Virus genome (UHGV): UHGV-0038968
Reading direction: 5' to 3' (one strand)
Length of the DNA: 32,947 bases
From: a virus
Shown here: positions 9,557-19,552 of the stretch, piece after piece
Layout of the letters: every line of letters begins with the position of its first letter
Numbering within the stretch: position 1 is the first letter of the stretch
Made by a program: the position numbers and the translations under genes
Notes under the pieces: model-generated
Databases searched by the model: none
Seen by the model: the letters and a program-made list of their open reading frames with translations, nothing else
What the model was told of the DNA's origin: nothing

Positions 9557-11052
9557 TATGCAGACTCCTCTGAATACTGAAGACGGAACTGGTTAACCAC
9601 GGCAAAAACACGCAACTGGTTAACATAGTCAGGCGGGAACAGCGTGTTCAGGCGGTTCGGATCGCTGGCATCACGCTCCACAACCAGGTACTGCTTAAAC
9701 AGTTCGTAGTTTTCCACGATCCCCGCACGCTCAAGCTGACGGTAGGTTGCCAGCAGTTCCCCTTTGATTACCGCCGGGGTGACAATCGCCTGACCGGGAC
9801 CAAAGCGGGTACCGTCGCTGGCAAGCTTGTGACGCCCGTACTTACTGGTAATGACGGATTTCAGTTTGCGCAGTACATACGCACTGGTATGCAGCGTCTC
9901 GCTGTCGAGGTAGCTGTTATCCGCAACCCCGTAAGCATTTTTCCTGTACGTGGTGACATCACGCTGAATGCGCAGCACCCCGCTTTCGACATACGCCGTT
10001 GCCACGCCATGAGACAGCAGGGTCTGCTGCTCGGTCATCGTGAACCGTTTCCCCTTCGGCGCAGGCAGCATACCCACCAGCTCACCGGTCTGCGTGGGAC
10101 GTGCCGGATCGTTGCGGATAAACACCGCTGCGCGGGCGGTACGGCTTGCCGCCAGCTCGTCGGCAGGCGTCTGGGTCTCTTTTTCGTACCCCGCCAGGGT
10201 GATGTGCTGCTGGTTAAACTGGTCACCTGCGTTCACCAGTTCTGACAGTGTGCCGGTCTTTGCCGTATACACATGACCATACAGCTGACGCGCATAGCTC
10301 CAGCGACCGCTGGTATCGTTCATCTCGGTCACCAGCGTGTTAACGGAGGCCGTGTCGTTGAACGGCAGACCGATATAATCAAACGGCTCATCCGCCATTG
10401 CAGCCACCGCGCCGGTGAGAACCGGAGCGCCCGTTCCGGCGCTCCCCGTCGCCACGGCAATCTGTACGCCCGCTGGCAGCACTTCGCCCCCACCAAAGCC
10501 GTAGTAATTGAGGCTGACAGGAATTTCATTCCCGCAAAGCCCCTTATGACGCGCGGTCAGTGTGACCACGCCTGCCGAAGATGAAGCCGTAAACGGCAGG
10601 GTCGGAACGGCATTGATGGCATCCTGGATACTGCTGGCAATCGTCGTGACGTTATCGCCGTTGGTCACCGGAGCCTGCACGCGGGTACGTCCCACATAGA
10701 CATTCACCGTGCCGCTTTCGGTTGCTTCCCCGGTCACCGTCAGCGTAACCGTTGCCGCCGCGCCTGTGGCTTCCGGAACGGCAATCACATACAGCTCACC
10801 AAACGGGTCGGTCTGGCGATAAGCCTCGACCATACGCGCCAGCTGACTTCCCGCACCACAAATCTGGCGTGCATAGTCTGCCGATGGCATCAGCACCAGA
10901 CTGTTGGCAACAATCTCTGCACCGTTATTGGCATGACCAATCAGCAGCGATGCTCCGCTGTCCTGTGCAGTATTCGCCGCCGAGTTATCCATTTCCGCAT
11001 AAAAAATCGGAACCAGCGTATTCGACGGAATGGTGTTAAAGCTTGTCGTCAT
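9556..11052 (-). CDS. Contractile tail sheath protein (Mu gpL-like)
   Basis: 498 aa; size and position typical of sheath proteins. Confidence 0.85.
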   Translation of the reverse strand: MTTSFNTIPSNTLVPIFYAEMDNSAANTAQDSGASLLIGHANNGAEIVANSLVLMPSADYARQICGAGSQLARMVEAYRQTDPFGELYVIAVPEATGAAATVTLTVTGEATESGTVNVYVGRTRVQAPVTNGDNVTTIASSIQDAINAVPTLPFTASSSAGVVTLTARHKGLCGNEIPVSLNYYGFGGGEVLPAGVQIAVATGSAGTGAPVLTGAVAAMADEPFDYIGLPFNDTASVNTLVTEMNDTSGRWSYARQLYGHVYTAKTGTLSELVNAGDQFNQQHITLAGYEKETQTPADELAASRTARAAVFIRNDPARPTQTGELVGMLPAPKGKRFTMTEQQTLLSHGVATAYVESGVLRIQRDVTTYRKNAYGVADNSYLDSETLHTSAYVLRKLKSVITSKYGRHKLASDGTRFGPGQAIVTPAVIKGELLATYRQLERAGIVENYELFKQYLVVERDASDPNRLNTLFPPDYVNQLRVFAVVNQFRLQYSEESA

Positions 11053-11206
11053 CGGTATTCACCTTTTTATTCACGCGCCGGATATCACCCGCTGCTTCAC
11101 GGCGCAGCCAGTAGTTGTTCTCGTCAACATTTCGCCCTTCGGCGGGCAAAAGGTCGCCGCGGGCAGGGTCAGGAACTGACCGCCCTTTAACAGGTTTGAC
11201 AAACAT
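11036..11206 (-). CDS. Small conserved phage protein (56 aa) upstream of the sheath gene
   Basis: Hand-translated MFVKPVKGRSVPDPARGDLL...; GAGGA 5 nt upstream of the ATG; stop overlaps the sheath start; below ORF-track cutoff. Confidence 0.4.
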   Translation of the reverse strand: MFVKPVKGRSVPDPARGDLLPAEGRNVDENNYWLRREAAGDIRRVNKKVNTDDDKL

Positions 11207-11214
11207 GAGGATCC

Positions 11215-11775
11215 TCAGGAAGGAAGGGTTATTTCGGTGTGATGTTCGATATCGCCGTCAGGCCCGTTACCGGGCTCGAGATAATCAACATCAATCGCCA
11301 GCGTTTGCAGTTCATCCAGACTGTTCAGGTCATCCTGCTGGCGGGTATCGTCTTCAGTCAGCTCGCTGATGACCGAAAAATCGAACTGATAAATCAGCTC
11401 ATGACGATTCAGATCCAGCAGCGTGCCGCCGTCATAGGTAATCGGGTTACCGCACGCTTCCGGGTTCCAGCCCAGCAGGGCCTTAAAGAGCATCTGCCGG
11501 ACATCGTCCACCACATCATACGAGGCAAACTGACCGCGCTCATCACGCCCATTACTCAGTATGACAACCACGGAGAAGCCCTCTTTCAGCTCCTGCCAGT
11601 AGTCGGTCTGGCTTTTGTTTTCTCCCGGAGAATCATCACCCGGTACCACATACGCCGCCGGGAGTCTCAGCTTTCCGACCTCCGGCAGATTTTTGAACTG
11701 TGCCGCGCCTGCCACCCGGTTTTCAAAATACGGGCAGCGGGCACGCAGCGCAGCAATAACAGGCGTCAGTTTCAT
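11215..11775 (-). CDS. Virion protein, Mu Gp37-like (tail completion/neck)
   Basis: 186 aa; between head-tail joining genes and sheath. Confidence 0.55.
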   Translation of the reverse strand: MKLTPVIAALRARCPYFENRVAGAAQFKNLPEVGKLRLPAAYVVPGDDSPGENKSQTDYWQELKEGFSVVVILSNGRDERGQFASYDVVDDVRQMLFKALLGWNPEACGNPITYDGGTLLDLNRHELIYQFDFSVISELTEDDTRQQDDLNSLDELQTLAIDVDYLEPGNGPDGDIEHHTEITLPS

Positions 11776-12278
11776 CTGTGTCGTCGCTCCGGCTTCAGTG
11801 ATTTACGCAATTCCCGCGCCAGAAAATAGCGTGTCCAGCTGCGGTTCTTTTCAAGAGTTTCCACCATGAAGTTATTACGTGGAGCCAGTCGCCAGCCGCT
11901 GCCACCGGATGCACCACGATGATGACTACGACGACGTTTTGCTCCTCCCCGGACACCAAAAAACAGAAACGCCGGATAGAAGTCACCAGAGATCATCCGG
12001 TTCCCCTTCCCGTTGCGCTGGTTAGGGGCAATGCGTGTCATAAAACCGGCTCGCTTTTTACTGGCTCTCGGCACCATATAACCAATCGAACGAGCCAGGC
12101 GTCCGGTCTGATAACCGGGGTTTTCACCCGGTGCCGACCGCGCACGGCGCATCACCAGCCGACGGGCATCACGCATATGACGCTGCCCAATCGTGACAAA
12201 CGCCCGCCGGACACGGGCGCGGTTAAAGCGCATCTCGGCGGGCTGCTGAACATCAACGTGAAAAAAGGGAGTCGCCAT
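11772..12278 (-). CDS. Arginine-rich virion morphogenesis protein (HK97 gp10-like)
   Basis: 168 aa, very basic; located in the head-tail joining block. Confidence 0.45.
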   Translation of the reverse strand: MATPFFHVDVQQPAEMRFNRARVRRAFVTIGQRHMRDARRLVMRRARSAPGENPGYQTGRLARSIGYMVPRASKKRAGFMTRIAPNQRNGKGNRMISGDFYPAFLFFGVRGGAKRRRSHHRGASGGSGWRLAPRNNFMVETLEKNRSWTRYFLARELRKSLKPERRHR

Positions 12279-12663
12279 TGCTGCCTCCGTGACTCTGCCT
12301 ACATTCGCCCAGCTCCGTACACTCCAGCAGCAGAAAGCGCCGCGACCCGTTCAGATCGCGCTGACGTTTCACCCGGTACACACTGTCACCGCAGACCACC
12401 TCATAATCAGCGGTGATCCCCCGGCGGTAACGAATGGTGATGTAATGGGTGATGGCGTCCCCGGTCTGCGCGGTTTCCTGCCAGGTGGTGGCACTGGTCT
12501 GGATAACCTTCGCCCATGTCCGGAACGCAACCGGGTATTGAGGCTCCACGCCAAAGTTATCCGCGGGCATATCCACCCGCTGGCGGATCAGGACGCGTTT
12601 ATTCAGTTCGCCGGGGTCCGGCAGAATGTAGGTTGCGCTGGTCTGCGCCTGACGAATTTTCAT
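12253..12663 (-). CDS. Head-tail adaptor / head closure protein
   Basis: 136 aa; follows the gp6-like connector gene. Confidence 0.55.
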   Translation of the reverse strand: MKIRQAQTSATYILPDPGELNKRVLIRQRVDMPADNFGVEPQYPVAFRTWAKVIQTSATTWQETAQTGDAITHYITIRYRRGITADYEVVCGDSVYRVKRQRDLNGSRRFLLLECTELGECRQSHGGSNGDSLFSR

Positions 12664-12983
12664 TGCGGAAAGTACCTGTACGGGCCGACAAGCCAGCCAA
12701 AACTCTGCGGCATGTCGAGTTTCTCCACTTCCGTAACCGAAGAGCGGTTTTCGTAAAAATGGCTGATAAGCATCAGCATCCCCAGACGAATATCATCCGA
12801 CAGGTGCAGCCCGTCCGGATCGCTGTCCGGAATGGTTTCATCCGGTGCATAGAGCTTCCGGTTCAGATACGTTTCCGTCCGCTTTTGCGCCGCACAGGCC
12901 AGCAGTTGCAGATGGCGGTCATCAGCATCGAAATCCTCATCCAGCCGGAGTTGGGCTTTAATCTCTTCCATTGTCAGAAGCAT
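12660..12983 (-). CDS. Head-tail connector protein (gp6-like)
   Basis: 107 aa, acidic; position after the major capsid gene. Confidence 0.6.
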   Translation of the reverse strand: MLLTMEEIKAQLRLDEDFDADDRHLQLLACAAQKRTETYLNRKLYAPDETIPDSDPDGLHLSDDIRLGMLMLISHFYENRSSVTEVEKLDMPQSFGWLVGPYRYFPQ

Positions 12984-12985
12984 AC

Positions 12986-13186
12986 TCAGCCCTCTTTACT
13001 GGTCGTGGCTTTTTTCTCTTTTGCCGCTTTACTTCTTTTTGCACTGGTTCCGCGCTCTGCTAACCCGGCCTGAAGTGCAATCTCCTGCACCCGGGCAGGA
13101 AGCGCCCCGTCGTCATACTCACCGGCCCGAATGACCTCAACACGCATACCGTCCGGTGACCATTTCAGATCTTGTTTCAGGATCAT
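12986..13186 (-). CDS. Small hypothetical protein (66 aa) with Lys-rich tail
   Basis: ORF between capsid and connector genes with GGTGAAG upstream of the ATG. Confidence 0.4.
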   Translation of the reverse strand: MILKQDLKWSPDGMRVEVIRAGEYDDGALPARVQEIALQAGLAERGTSAKRSKAAKEKKATTSKEG

Positions 13187-13196
13187 GATTCTTCAC

Positions 13197-13218
13197 CCAT
13201 CAGAACAGGGGCGCAGTT
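13197..13218 (-). other. Stable GC-rich hairpin just after the major capsid gene stop
   Basis: Perfect 8-bp stem AGGGGCGC / GCGCCCCT with 6-nt loop; no U-tract, so probably an mRNA stability or attenuation element rather than a full terminator. Confidence 0.5.
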
Positions 13219-13234
13219 CAGCGCCCCTGAGTGA

Positions 13235-14440
13235 TTACGCCGCAGCAATCTTCAGCAGTTTGATGGCCTGCGAATCGACCAGCATGCCGCCGGTGCGCTT
13301 GGTGGTATAAAAACCGACAAACGGTTTATTGGTGTACGGATCGCGCAAAATGCGGGTACCGATACGGTCAACGATGGTGTAACCCCGTTTGAAGTTACCA
13401 AATGCAATGGCTTTCGCATCCGCGGCGATATCCGGCATCTGCTCGTTTTCAGCGATACCGTAACCCGCCAGAGAGGACGGCTGCCCCAGTTCCAGCCCCG
13501 GACGCCACAGATAGTTACCCTCGGTGTCTTTCAGCAGACGAATGGCAAACAGGCTGTTGTTGTTCATCATGAACTTCGCACCGGTGCGATGTGCCTTACG
13601 CAGCGTGTAAATCAGTTTGATAATGGCATCAGCGGTCACTGCCGTCGCTTCACCGGATACAATATGCTGAAGTTTGCCGAACGCACGTACCTTATCGGTT
13701 TCATCCGTGGACTCATACGCCAGGAACCCTTTCGGCTTCTTGGTGCCATCACCAGTGGTAAAGGCAATTTCTTCCTGTTCGGCAAATTCGGTTGCCAGCT
13801 CGCTGTTGATCCATGCCTCCACGTTGAAGAAGGCATCGTCCAGCATTTTCTGGGTAGCCTGCGGGTTGCCGTAGATTTCCCCCATGAGAGGTTCAATCAG
13901 CTCCAGTCTGGAGGTGGCAGTCTGGGATCGCGCGTCAGTCTCGCCAACCCATCCGGAAGCCGTACCGCCCAGATTCACCAGTTTTTTGTAGTCGGAACCG
14001 CCAACGGTGATCACCGTGGCTTCCTGACGCATCACCACTTCATCTTTCAGCAGGTTAAGAATGTTGCGATCCAGTTCTTCCGGCACGGCGTAGCCACCGT
14101 CTTCATCGGTACCCACCTGCAATGCCTTACGCTCCAGATCGCGCAGACCGTCTTCACGGCCTTTACGCAGGAAGCCCACAAACGCCTCTTTATGCTCGGT
14201 GGCCAGTTTATTTTGCGCTCCACCTGCCGGACGTTTCAGCTCAAGCAGCTCTTTTTCAAGGTCGCTTTTGAGATTTTCCAGCTCGCTGAGTTTCCCGTTC
14301 AGGGTTTCCACCTGCCCGGCAAGCTTGCCTTTTTCCTGCTCAATCGCATCCACGCGCTTGTCGTTCTTTGCTTTGAAGTCGTCAAACTTCTGCTGCAGCT
14401 CCTGCGCGACCTGTTCGACATCTTTAATATCTACCGCCAT
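13235..14440 (-). CDS. Major capsid protein, HK97 family
   Basis: 401 aa; N-terminal coiled-coil delta domain (KLSELENLKSDLEKELLELK) then capsid domain; directly downstream of prohead protease. Confidence 0.85.
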   Translation of the reverse strand: MAVDIKDVEQVAQELQQKFDDFKAKNDKRVDAIEQEKGKLAGQVETLNGKLSELENLKSDLEKELLELKRPAGGAQNKLATEHKEAFVGFLRKGREDGLRDLERKALQVGTDEDGGYAVPEELDRNILNLLKDEVVMRQEATVITVGGSDYKKLVNLGGTASGWVGETDARSQTATSRLELIEPLMGEIYGNPQATQKMLDDAFFNVEAWINSELATEFAEQEEIAFTTGDGTKKPKGFLAYESTDETDKVRAFGKLQHIVSGEATAVTADAIIKLIYTLRKAHRTGAKFMMNNNSLFAIRLLKDTEGNYLWRPGLELGQPSSLAGYGIAENEQMPDIAADAKAIAFGNFKRGYTIVDRIGTRILRDPYTNKPFVGFYTTKRTGGMLVDSQAIKLLKIAAA

Positions 14441-14454
14441 CGTATTTCTCCTGA

Positions 14455-15141
14455 TTAGAAGTTCAGATTTTTCAGTGCATTCAGTGCAGAGCTCACATCC
14501 TCAGCGTCGCGCAGGGACAGTGCGCCATAGCCCCCGGCCATGAATGCTTTGGCCTGGGTACGGGAGAGTCCGACATCACGCAGGACTCTTTCGATTTTTT
14601 TCTGTTCGGGGATTTCCCCGCGGGCCAGCGCGTTCTTGACGTCGCTGATCCGCGCCTCGTCGTTAGACGGAAACGTCACCAGACTGACTTCCCAGAGGTC
14701 GATTTCTTTCAGCAGAAAGGCTTCTTTCGTCCGGTCGTATTCCCAGTCTTTCAGGACGTACCCAATAGAAAGGCCGGTTAACGAACCGGCCTTCATGTGT
14801 GCATGTGCGCGTTTTGCGAGGGGATCATCATCAATAAGCAACCGTCCCCTGACGTAAAGCCCGACATCGTCTTCCTTCATTTCGGTGTAAACACCGATGG
14901 GTTCATCCATGCGGTGCTGCCAGAGCAGCGCAGGTAACGCTTTTCTGTCACTCCACGCCCGCAGGGAAGCAGCAAATGCCCCGGACATCACCACATCATC
15001 GTGGCTGTCCTTTACACCAAAGACGGAGCCATACCCTTCAAACTCACCGGAGTCACTGACAGATTTCAGACTCAGCGGTACATCAAGACGTTGTTTCGTC
15101 TGCATTGGCGTTATCCTTCTGCTTACCGGCTTTACTGCCAT
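14455..15141 (-). CDS. Prohead protease, HK97 family
   Basis: 228 aa; between portal and major capsid genes; 5' end overlaps portal so true start may be an internal Met. Confidence 0.8.
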   Translation of the reverse strand: MAVKPVSRRITPMQTKQRLDVPLSLKSVSDSGEFEGYGSVFGVKDSHDDVVMSGAFAASLRAWSDRKALPALLWQHRMDEPIGVYTEMKEDDVGLYVRGRLLIDDDPLAKRAHAHMKAGSLTGLSIGYVLKDWEYDRTKEAFLLKEIDLWEVSLVTFPSNDEARISDVKNALARGEIPEQKKIERVLRDVGLSRTQAKAFMAGGYGALSLRDAEDVSSALNALKNLNF

Positions 15142-16324
15142 CGGAGGGTTTCGTGGTCATGTTCATCGGTGTGAGATAGACATCACCACCGGGACGCGGA
15201 TTCATATCTTCCAGGTCGCGGCAGTCATTGGGAGAGTAAATTCCCCAGTTGATCCCGGTGGCGTAGGCTTCAAAACGGGACTTCATATCCCCGCGCAGTA
15301 ACGCCCCGGCGTTAAATTTGGCGTAATAAACGCCCTGCTTACTTTTTCGTACCAGTCCGGTGTTGATCCGCTGTTCGATGCGGGTCAGATACGGCACCAG
15401 TGAATAGTTGATAAATCCCAGCCCCAGCTCTTCGATATTGTTGAAGGTGGCGCGATCGGTGTTCTGCACCATGTGCAACGGCACCCGGAACAGACGACAG
15501 ATTTCTTCAAGCTGAAACTTGCGGGTTTCCAGGAACTGGCTGTCCTCGGCGTTCAGCGCCATCGACTTCCAGTCCAGCCCCATCTCAAGGATCATCGGGC
15601 GGTGAGCATTACCAAGCCCGGTGTGACGCTCCTCAAAATCTTTCTTCAGGCGCTCATAAGCCTGATCCGACAGCGTCTGTTCTGTACGCAACACACCCGA
15701 CGTCACCGCGCCATTGCTGAACAGTCTGGCCCCGTGCTCTTCGGTCGCAGCTGCCAGCGATATTGCCTCACGGGCATAGGCGATGGGATTCAGTCCCACC
15801 AGACCGTCCAGCGTCAGCGTGCGCACATGCCAGATATCCTCCTGGCTCAGTACATCCGTGGAGCCATCCGGGAATGTGACCTGGTAGACCGGCTCCCAGC
15901 TACTGTTAAGCTTCGGTACCACACAGCCGGGATCGACGGGCAGCAGTTCAGCCACTTCGCCAAATGCTTTCACTTTGTAGGCGTAAAAGTTTCCCCGCAG
16001 GCACAGACAGGTGACCACCAGCTCCCAGAACTCCTGCGGCGTCATATAGCCATTGGGATGCGTGGAGATCAGCTTATGCAGACGTTCGCCAGTGGCTCTC
16101 TGCTTCAGGCTGCCGTTCAGGTGATACAGGTTGCAGGGCAACATCCCGACCGACTCCGCCAGCACCCTGACACAGGAAAAAACCGCCGTCAGTCGCATGG
16201 CCCGCTGGCTGCTGATCTGCTTTCCGGTATAGGTGTCGTAGGACAACCCGATGGCATCCGCCAGCTCTGCTGGCGTGGTCACCGGTGCGTCACTTTTTCG
16301 TTGAAATAATCCCGAAAAGAACAC
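15083..16324 (-). CDS. Portal protein, HK97 family
   Basis: 413 aa; immediately downstream of terminase large subunit. Confidence 0.85.
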   Translation of the reverse strand: MFFSGLFQRKSDAPVTTPAELADAIGLSYDTYTGKQISSQRAMRLTAVFSCVRVLAESVGMLPCNLYHLNGSLKQRATGERLHKLISTHPNGYMTPQEFWELVVTCLCLRGNFYAYKVKAFGEVAELLPVDPGCVVPKLNSSWEPVYQVTFPDGSTDVLSQEDIWHVRTLTLDGLVGLNPIAYAREAISLAAATEEHGARLFSNGAVTSGVLRTEQTLSDQAYERLKKDFEERHTGLGNAHRPMILEMGLDWKSMALNAEDSQFLETRKFQLEEICRLFRVPLHMVQNTDRATFNNIEELGLGFINYSLVPYLTRIEQRINTGLVRKSKQGVYYAKFNAGALLRGDMKSRFEAYATGINWGIYSPNDCRDLEDMNPRPGGDVYLTPMNMTTKPSDGSKAGKQKDNANADETTS

Positions 16325-16506
16325 TATTTACCTCCGCCGACAGACAGCTGTGTACGATCGAGATATCGCGCCACCAGCCACGACCAGAACAGGCACAGCG
16401 CCCCGGCAACAACAAAACCCGCCGGGGGATAAATCAGCCAGGCACCATATGCCAGCAAAAGCGCACCCAGCACGCCCACCAGAGGCGCGAGAATCAGCAT
16501 GATCAT
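16324..16506 (-). CDS. Small membrane protein (60 aa, two hydrophobic helices)
   Basis: GAGGT 5 nt upstream of the ATG; stop overlaps the portal start; [26 protein letters not shown]. Confidence 0.45.
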   Translation of the reverse strand: MIMLILAPLVGVLGALLLAYGAWLIYPPAGFVVAGALCLFWSWLVARYLDRTQLSVGGGK

Positions 16507-16517
16507 AATTACCTCAG

Positions 16518-18251
16518 TTAAAGCGAGCGGATCCCGTAGGACTCAATGTGGTCAGACAGCGTGTCTTCTTTCTCGTACAGCATGGCTCTGCCAACCGCCA
16601 TAATCAGCGCAACTGCACCATCGATTTTGTTTTCCGCCTGCTCTTTGACGGGTTTCACCACATCATCGTTACCCGGAATGGTTTTGCCGACCACGTTGCC
16701 GATACACCAGGTCATGATGGGATTGCCGTCATGATGAAAGCGCCCCGATTCAATTGCCGCTTCCAGCTCTTTCATCGGGTCGGACATGTTGGTGTAGTTC
16801 TGAATGATAGTGACGGGGTTCAGGTCTTCATCAGCAAGGTCATGTGACAACCCGGTCGCCCCGAAGGGGTCGATGGGTGACTCACTGACCGGGCTGATTT
16901 TGTTCGCCGCTTTGGCCTCTTCGAGGATGTAGCGATAATCCACCTCTGCACCATCGGTAACGGTCAGAACGCCCATTTCCACCCATTTCTGAAAGCGTTC
17001 GGCTGTCCGTCGATCTTCATTTTTCTCGACGCTATACACCGTGTCATACGGTACCCAGAAACGCGGGGCCACACTGTAGTAATGCGTTTTACCGTCAATC
17101 TCGCGGGTATAAAGTCGCGCCATGCTGTTCATATCCAGCTTACGCGCCAGGTCAAAGGCCAGAATGCACGGCTGCCCCTCGAACTGCTCAAGAGTCAGTG
17201 ATTTATCCTCGCAGCTCTGCCAGCTCACCAGGTTGAAATACGCCGAACGCGCCGACACCCAGATATTGAGGTGTTTTGTTTTAAAGACGTTTGCCAGACG
17301 GGCGTTATTTTTCGCACGCTGCTGCTGACTTAACAAAAATTCGCGATAAACCGACACGCCAATATTTGGATTGGCTTTTTCCAGCACCTGCGGGTCGGTC
17401 CAGTCGTCACCTTCATCAACGGTATAGATGATCCCGAACAGTTCATCGTTGGGTACCGAACCGTTGAGCATCTCGATGACTTCCCGCCGTTTGTCGTAGC
17501 ACGGCCCCTCAATGTTGTACCCGGCGGTAGTGATAGCCCACATCAGTGGCTGACGTCGCGCCCCCATCCCGGTAAGCATCGTGGTGTAAAGCGCATCGGT
17601 GGCGTGCTCGTGATATTCATCCACCACCGCACAGTGGGGTGATGAACCATCACCGGGGTTACCGATCAGCGGTTCAAAACGCGCACCATCCTCCGGACGG
17701 TTCATGTTTGAGGCGTTAACCTCAATCCCGAACGCTTCCGTCAGCATGGGTGTGCGTTTACACATCAGTCTTGCCGGACGAAAGACTTCCCATGCCTGTT
17801 TCTCCGTCGTGGCACCGGAATACACTTCCGCGCCAAACTCGTTATCACAGGCAAAACAATACAGGGCGACACCGGCAGAGATTGCCGATTTGCCGTTCTT
17901 ACGGGGGATTTCGGTATACACCTCACGGAAGCGGCGCAGCCGGGAGCCTTTATTGACCCAGCCAAACGCGCAGCAGATCACAAAGAGCTGCCACGGCTCC
18001 AGCGTGATGGGCATCCGTTTGAATGCCCACTCACCCTTGGTATGCGGCAACAGCTGAATAAATTTGGCGGCCCGTTCAGCCAGGTCCTTGTCGAAGCGGT
18101 AACGAAACGACTTACTTTTTTCCGCCATCAGGTCATCAAGATGGCGCTGGCAGGCCTGAATCACAAACTGGCAGGCCACAATCTTTCCGCGCACGACATC
18201 ACGGGCATACTGATTGGCTGCATTTACGTTGGGGTAAGATTTCCGGCTCAT
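16518..18251 (-). CDS. Terminase large subunit
   Basis: 577 aa; size and position; ATPase plus nuclease architecture expected of TerL. Confidence 0.85.
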   Translation of the reverse strand: MSRKSYPNVNAANQYARDVVRGKIVACQFVIQACQRHLDDLMAEKSKSFRYRFDKDLAERAAKFIQLLPHTKGEWAFKRMPITLEPWQLFVICCAFGWVNKGSRLRRFREVYTEIPRKNGKSAISAGVALYCFACDNEFGAEVYSGATTEKQAWEVFRPARLMCKRTPMLTEAFGIEVNASNMNRPEDGARFEPLIGNPGDGSSPHCAVVDEYHEHATDALYTTMLTGMGARRQPLMWAITTAGYNIEGPCYDKRREVIEMLNGSVPNDELFGIIYTVDEGDDWTDPQVLEKANPNIGVSVYREFLLSQQQRAKNNARLANVFKTKHLNIWVSARSAYFNLVSWQSCEDKSLTLEQFEGQPCILAFDLARKLDMNSMARLYTREIDGKTHYYSVAPRFWVPYDTVYSVEKNEDRRTAERFQKWVEMGVLTVTDGAEVDYRYILEEAKAANKISPVSESPIDPFGATGLSHDLADEDLNPVTIIQNYTNMSDPMKELEAAIESGRFHHDGNPIMTWCIGNVVGKTIPGNDDVVKPVKEQAENKIDGAVALIMAVGRAMLYEKEDTLSDHIESYGIRSL

Positions 18252-18264
18252 GATTCGATGATTT

Positions 18265-18759
18265 TCAGATTGTCAGAAACGGGTTAGTGGCTTTCTTCTT
18301 CCCCGCCAGGCCAATCAGACGCTGGCGGCTGCTGGGGTCGAGTCCGAGCATTGCCCCCGTGCTGCTCATCTCGGACTCCTGTTCTTTTTTGGCGGTCAGC
18401 TCCGGATTTTTGACCATGCCGCCCATTGCACCGGTGATGGTGTTGCCCTGTCTGGCAATATTTTTCACGGCACGTCGCCAGAATTCATAGGCCACACACC
18501 ACCGCTCAAGTACCGCCAGGTCAGTCACGCACAGCAGGCCCTGACCGCAGAGTTCTTTGGTTGTCAGTTGCCACATGATCGTGGCGAGAGGGAGATCTTC
18601 TTCAGCGAACCACTCCGGTGGCTCAACACCTTTGATGGGCGTAAAAACAGGTTCATCTTTATTCAGGGCTCGCTTGCCGGGGTTTCCGGCCAGCGCCTTG
18701 CGCGCCGTTGGCTTGGGGCGACGCCCGGAACGCCCCGCCGTTCCAGCCATATGCGGCAC
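18265..18759 (-). CDS. Terminase small subunit (P27 family-like)
   Basis: 164 aa; basic N-terminus [30 protein letters not shown]; directly upstream of TerL. Confidence 0.75.
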   Translation of the reverse strand: MPHMAGTAGRSGRRPKPTARKALAGNPGKRALNKDEPVFTPIKGVEPPEWFAEEDLPLATIMWQLTTKELCGQGLLCVTDLAVLERWCVAYEFWRRAVKNIARQGNTITGAMGGMVKNPELTAKKEQESEMSSTGAMLGLDPSSRQRLIGLAGKKKATNPFLTI

Positions 18760-18876
18760 TCCTGGTTAAATTTCATTTTTCGCGGGTATAAAAAAACGAT
18801 GGGGCGGGCAGTCCGGAAGGCGCGCGGTCGCAGAGATTTGACCTCCCCTTCCCCAGTCTGATGATGACATTAATTA

Positions 18877-19233
18877 TCACTTGAGCCGCTCACGCGCGGT
18901 CTTCGCTGCGTGACACGACCAGCACAGGCTTTCAAGGTTGCTGTCTTCATCAGTACCGCCGTGGGCCTTCGCCTTGATGTGGTCCACGCAGGACGCCTGC
19001 TTCACTATCGCCTGCCGTAGATGGTTCTGACACAGCCCTTTGTCGCGCTTAAGTATCCGCTCCCGGATGACTTCCCACTTTGTTCCGTATCCTCGCTGCT
19101 GCCGTGATTGACCAGGCTTGTAGGACTTCCAGCCTTCACCTTTGTGATTTTCACAGTAGCCAGATGGGTCTGTTGTGGTGTTGCGACAGCCGCGAACACG
19201 GCAAGCCTTTGGTGTGCGCGGTGGCATATTCAC
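18877..19233 (-). CDS. HNH endonuclease (packaging-associated)
   Basis: 118 aa with Cys/His pairs (CRVRGC...C..H, H...WSCH); adjacent to terminase as in HK97-like phages. Confidence 0.8.
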   Translation of the reverse strand: MNMPPRTPKACRVRGCRNTTTDPSGYCENHKGEGWKSYKPGQSRQQRGYGTKWEVIRERILKRDKGLCQNHLRQAIVKQASCVDHIKAKAHGGTDEDSNLESLCWSCHAAKTARERLK

Positions 19234-19290
19234 TCCCTAAAAAACATATAGCATTATCGCAGACACTTAATGAATGCCTGCTGAATGCCA

Positions 19291-19494
19291 CTAATCGTCG
19301 AGTTGCAATACACCGTGCTCAAGTGACTCTGAGTAAGCGATCAGCCCTGTGTATTCAGGGATAATCTCGCCATCATCCGCTTCGAACTCCGGGATTGTAC
19401 CAGTGGTGATGGTGTATTGGGGCTGACCATCTTCTTTCGCGAATGCTGCTAGGTCTTCAATCTGCTTAGCTGTAAGAACTACTGTCATGCTCAT
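19291..19494 (-). CDS. Small acidic hypothetical protein
   Basis: 65-67 aa, Asp/Glu-rich; GAGGT upstream of the second in-frame ATG. Confidence 0.45.
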   Translation of the reverse strand: MSMTVVLTAKQIEDLAAFAKEDGQPQYTITTGTIPEFEADDGEIIPEYTGLIAYSESLEHGVLQLDD

Positions 19495-19552
19495 ACCTCA
19501 GTTGTTAAAAAGCCCCGCTATTGCGAGGCTATGATTGACTAAAGTGATGCTG

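Noticed and set aside
11239-11829. 196-aa plus-strand ORF antisense to the Gp37-like gene
   Set aside because: Shadow ORF; the opposite-strand gene fits the conserved structural operon
13589-14458. 289-aa plus-strand ORF antisense to the major capsid gene
   Set aside because: Shadow ORF opposite a strongly supported capsid gene; low-complexity, Phe/Leu-rich translation typical of antisense frames
15473-16309. 278-aa plus-strand ORF antisense to the portal gene
   Set aside because: Shadow ORF within a confidently called portal gene; no RBS or independent support
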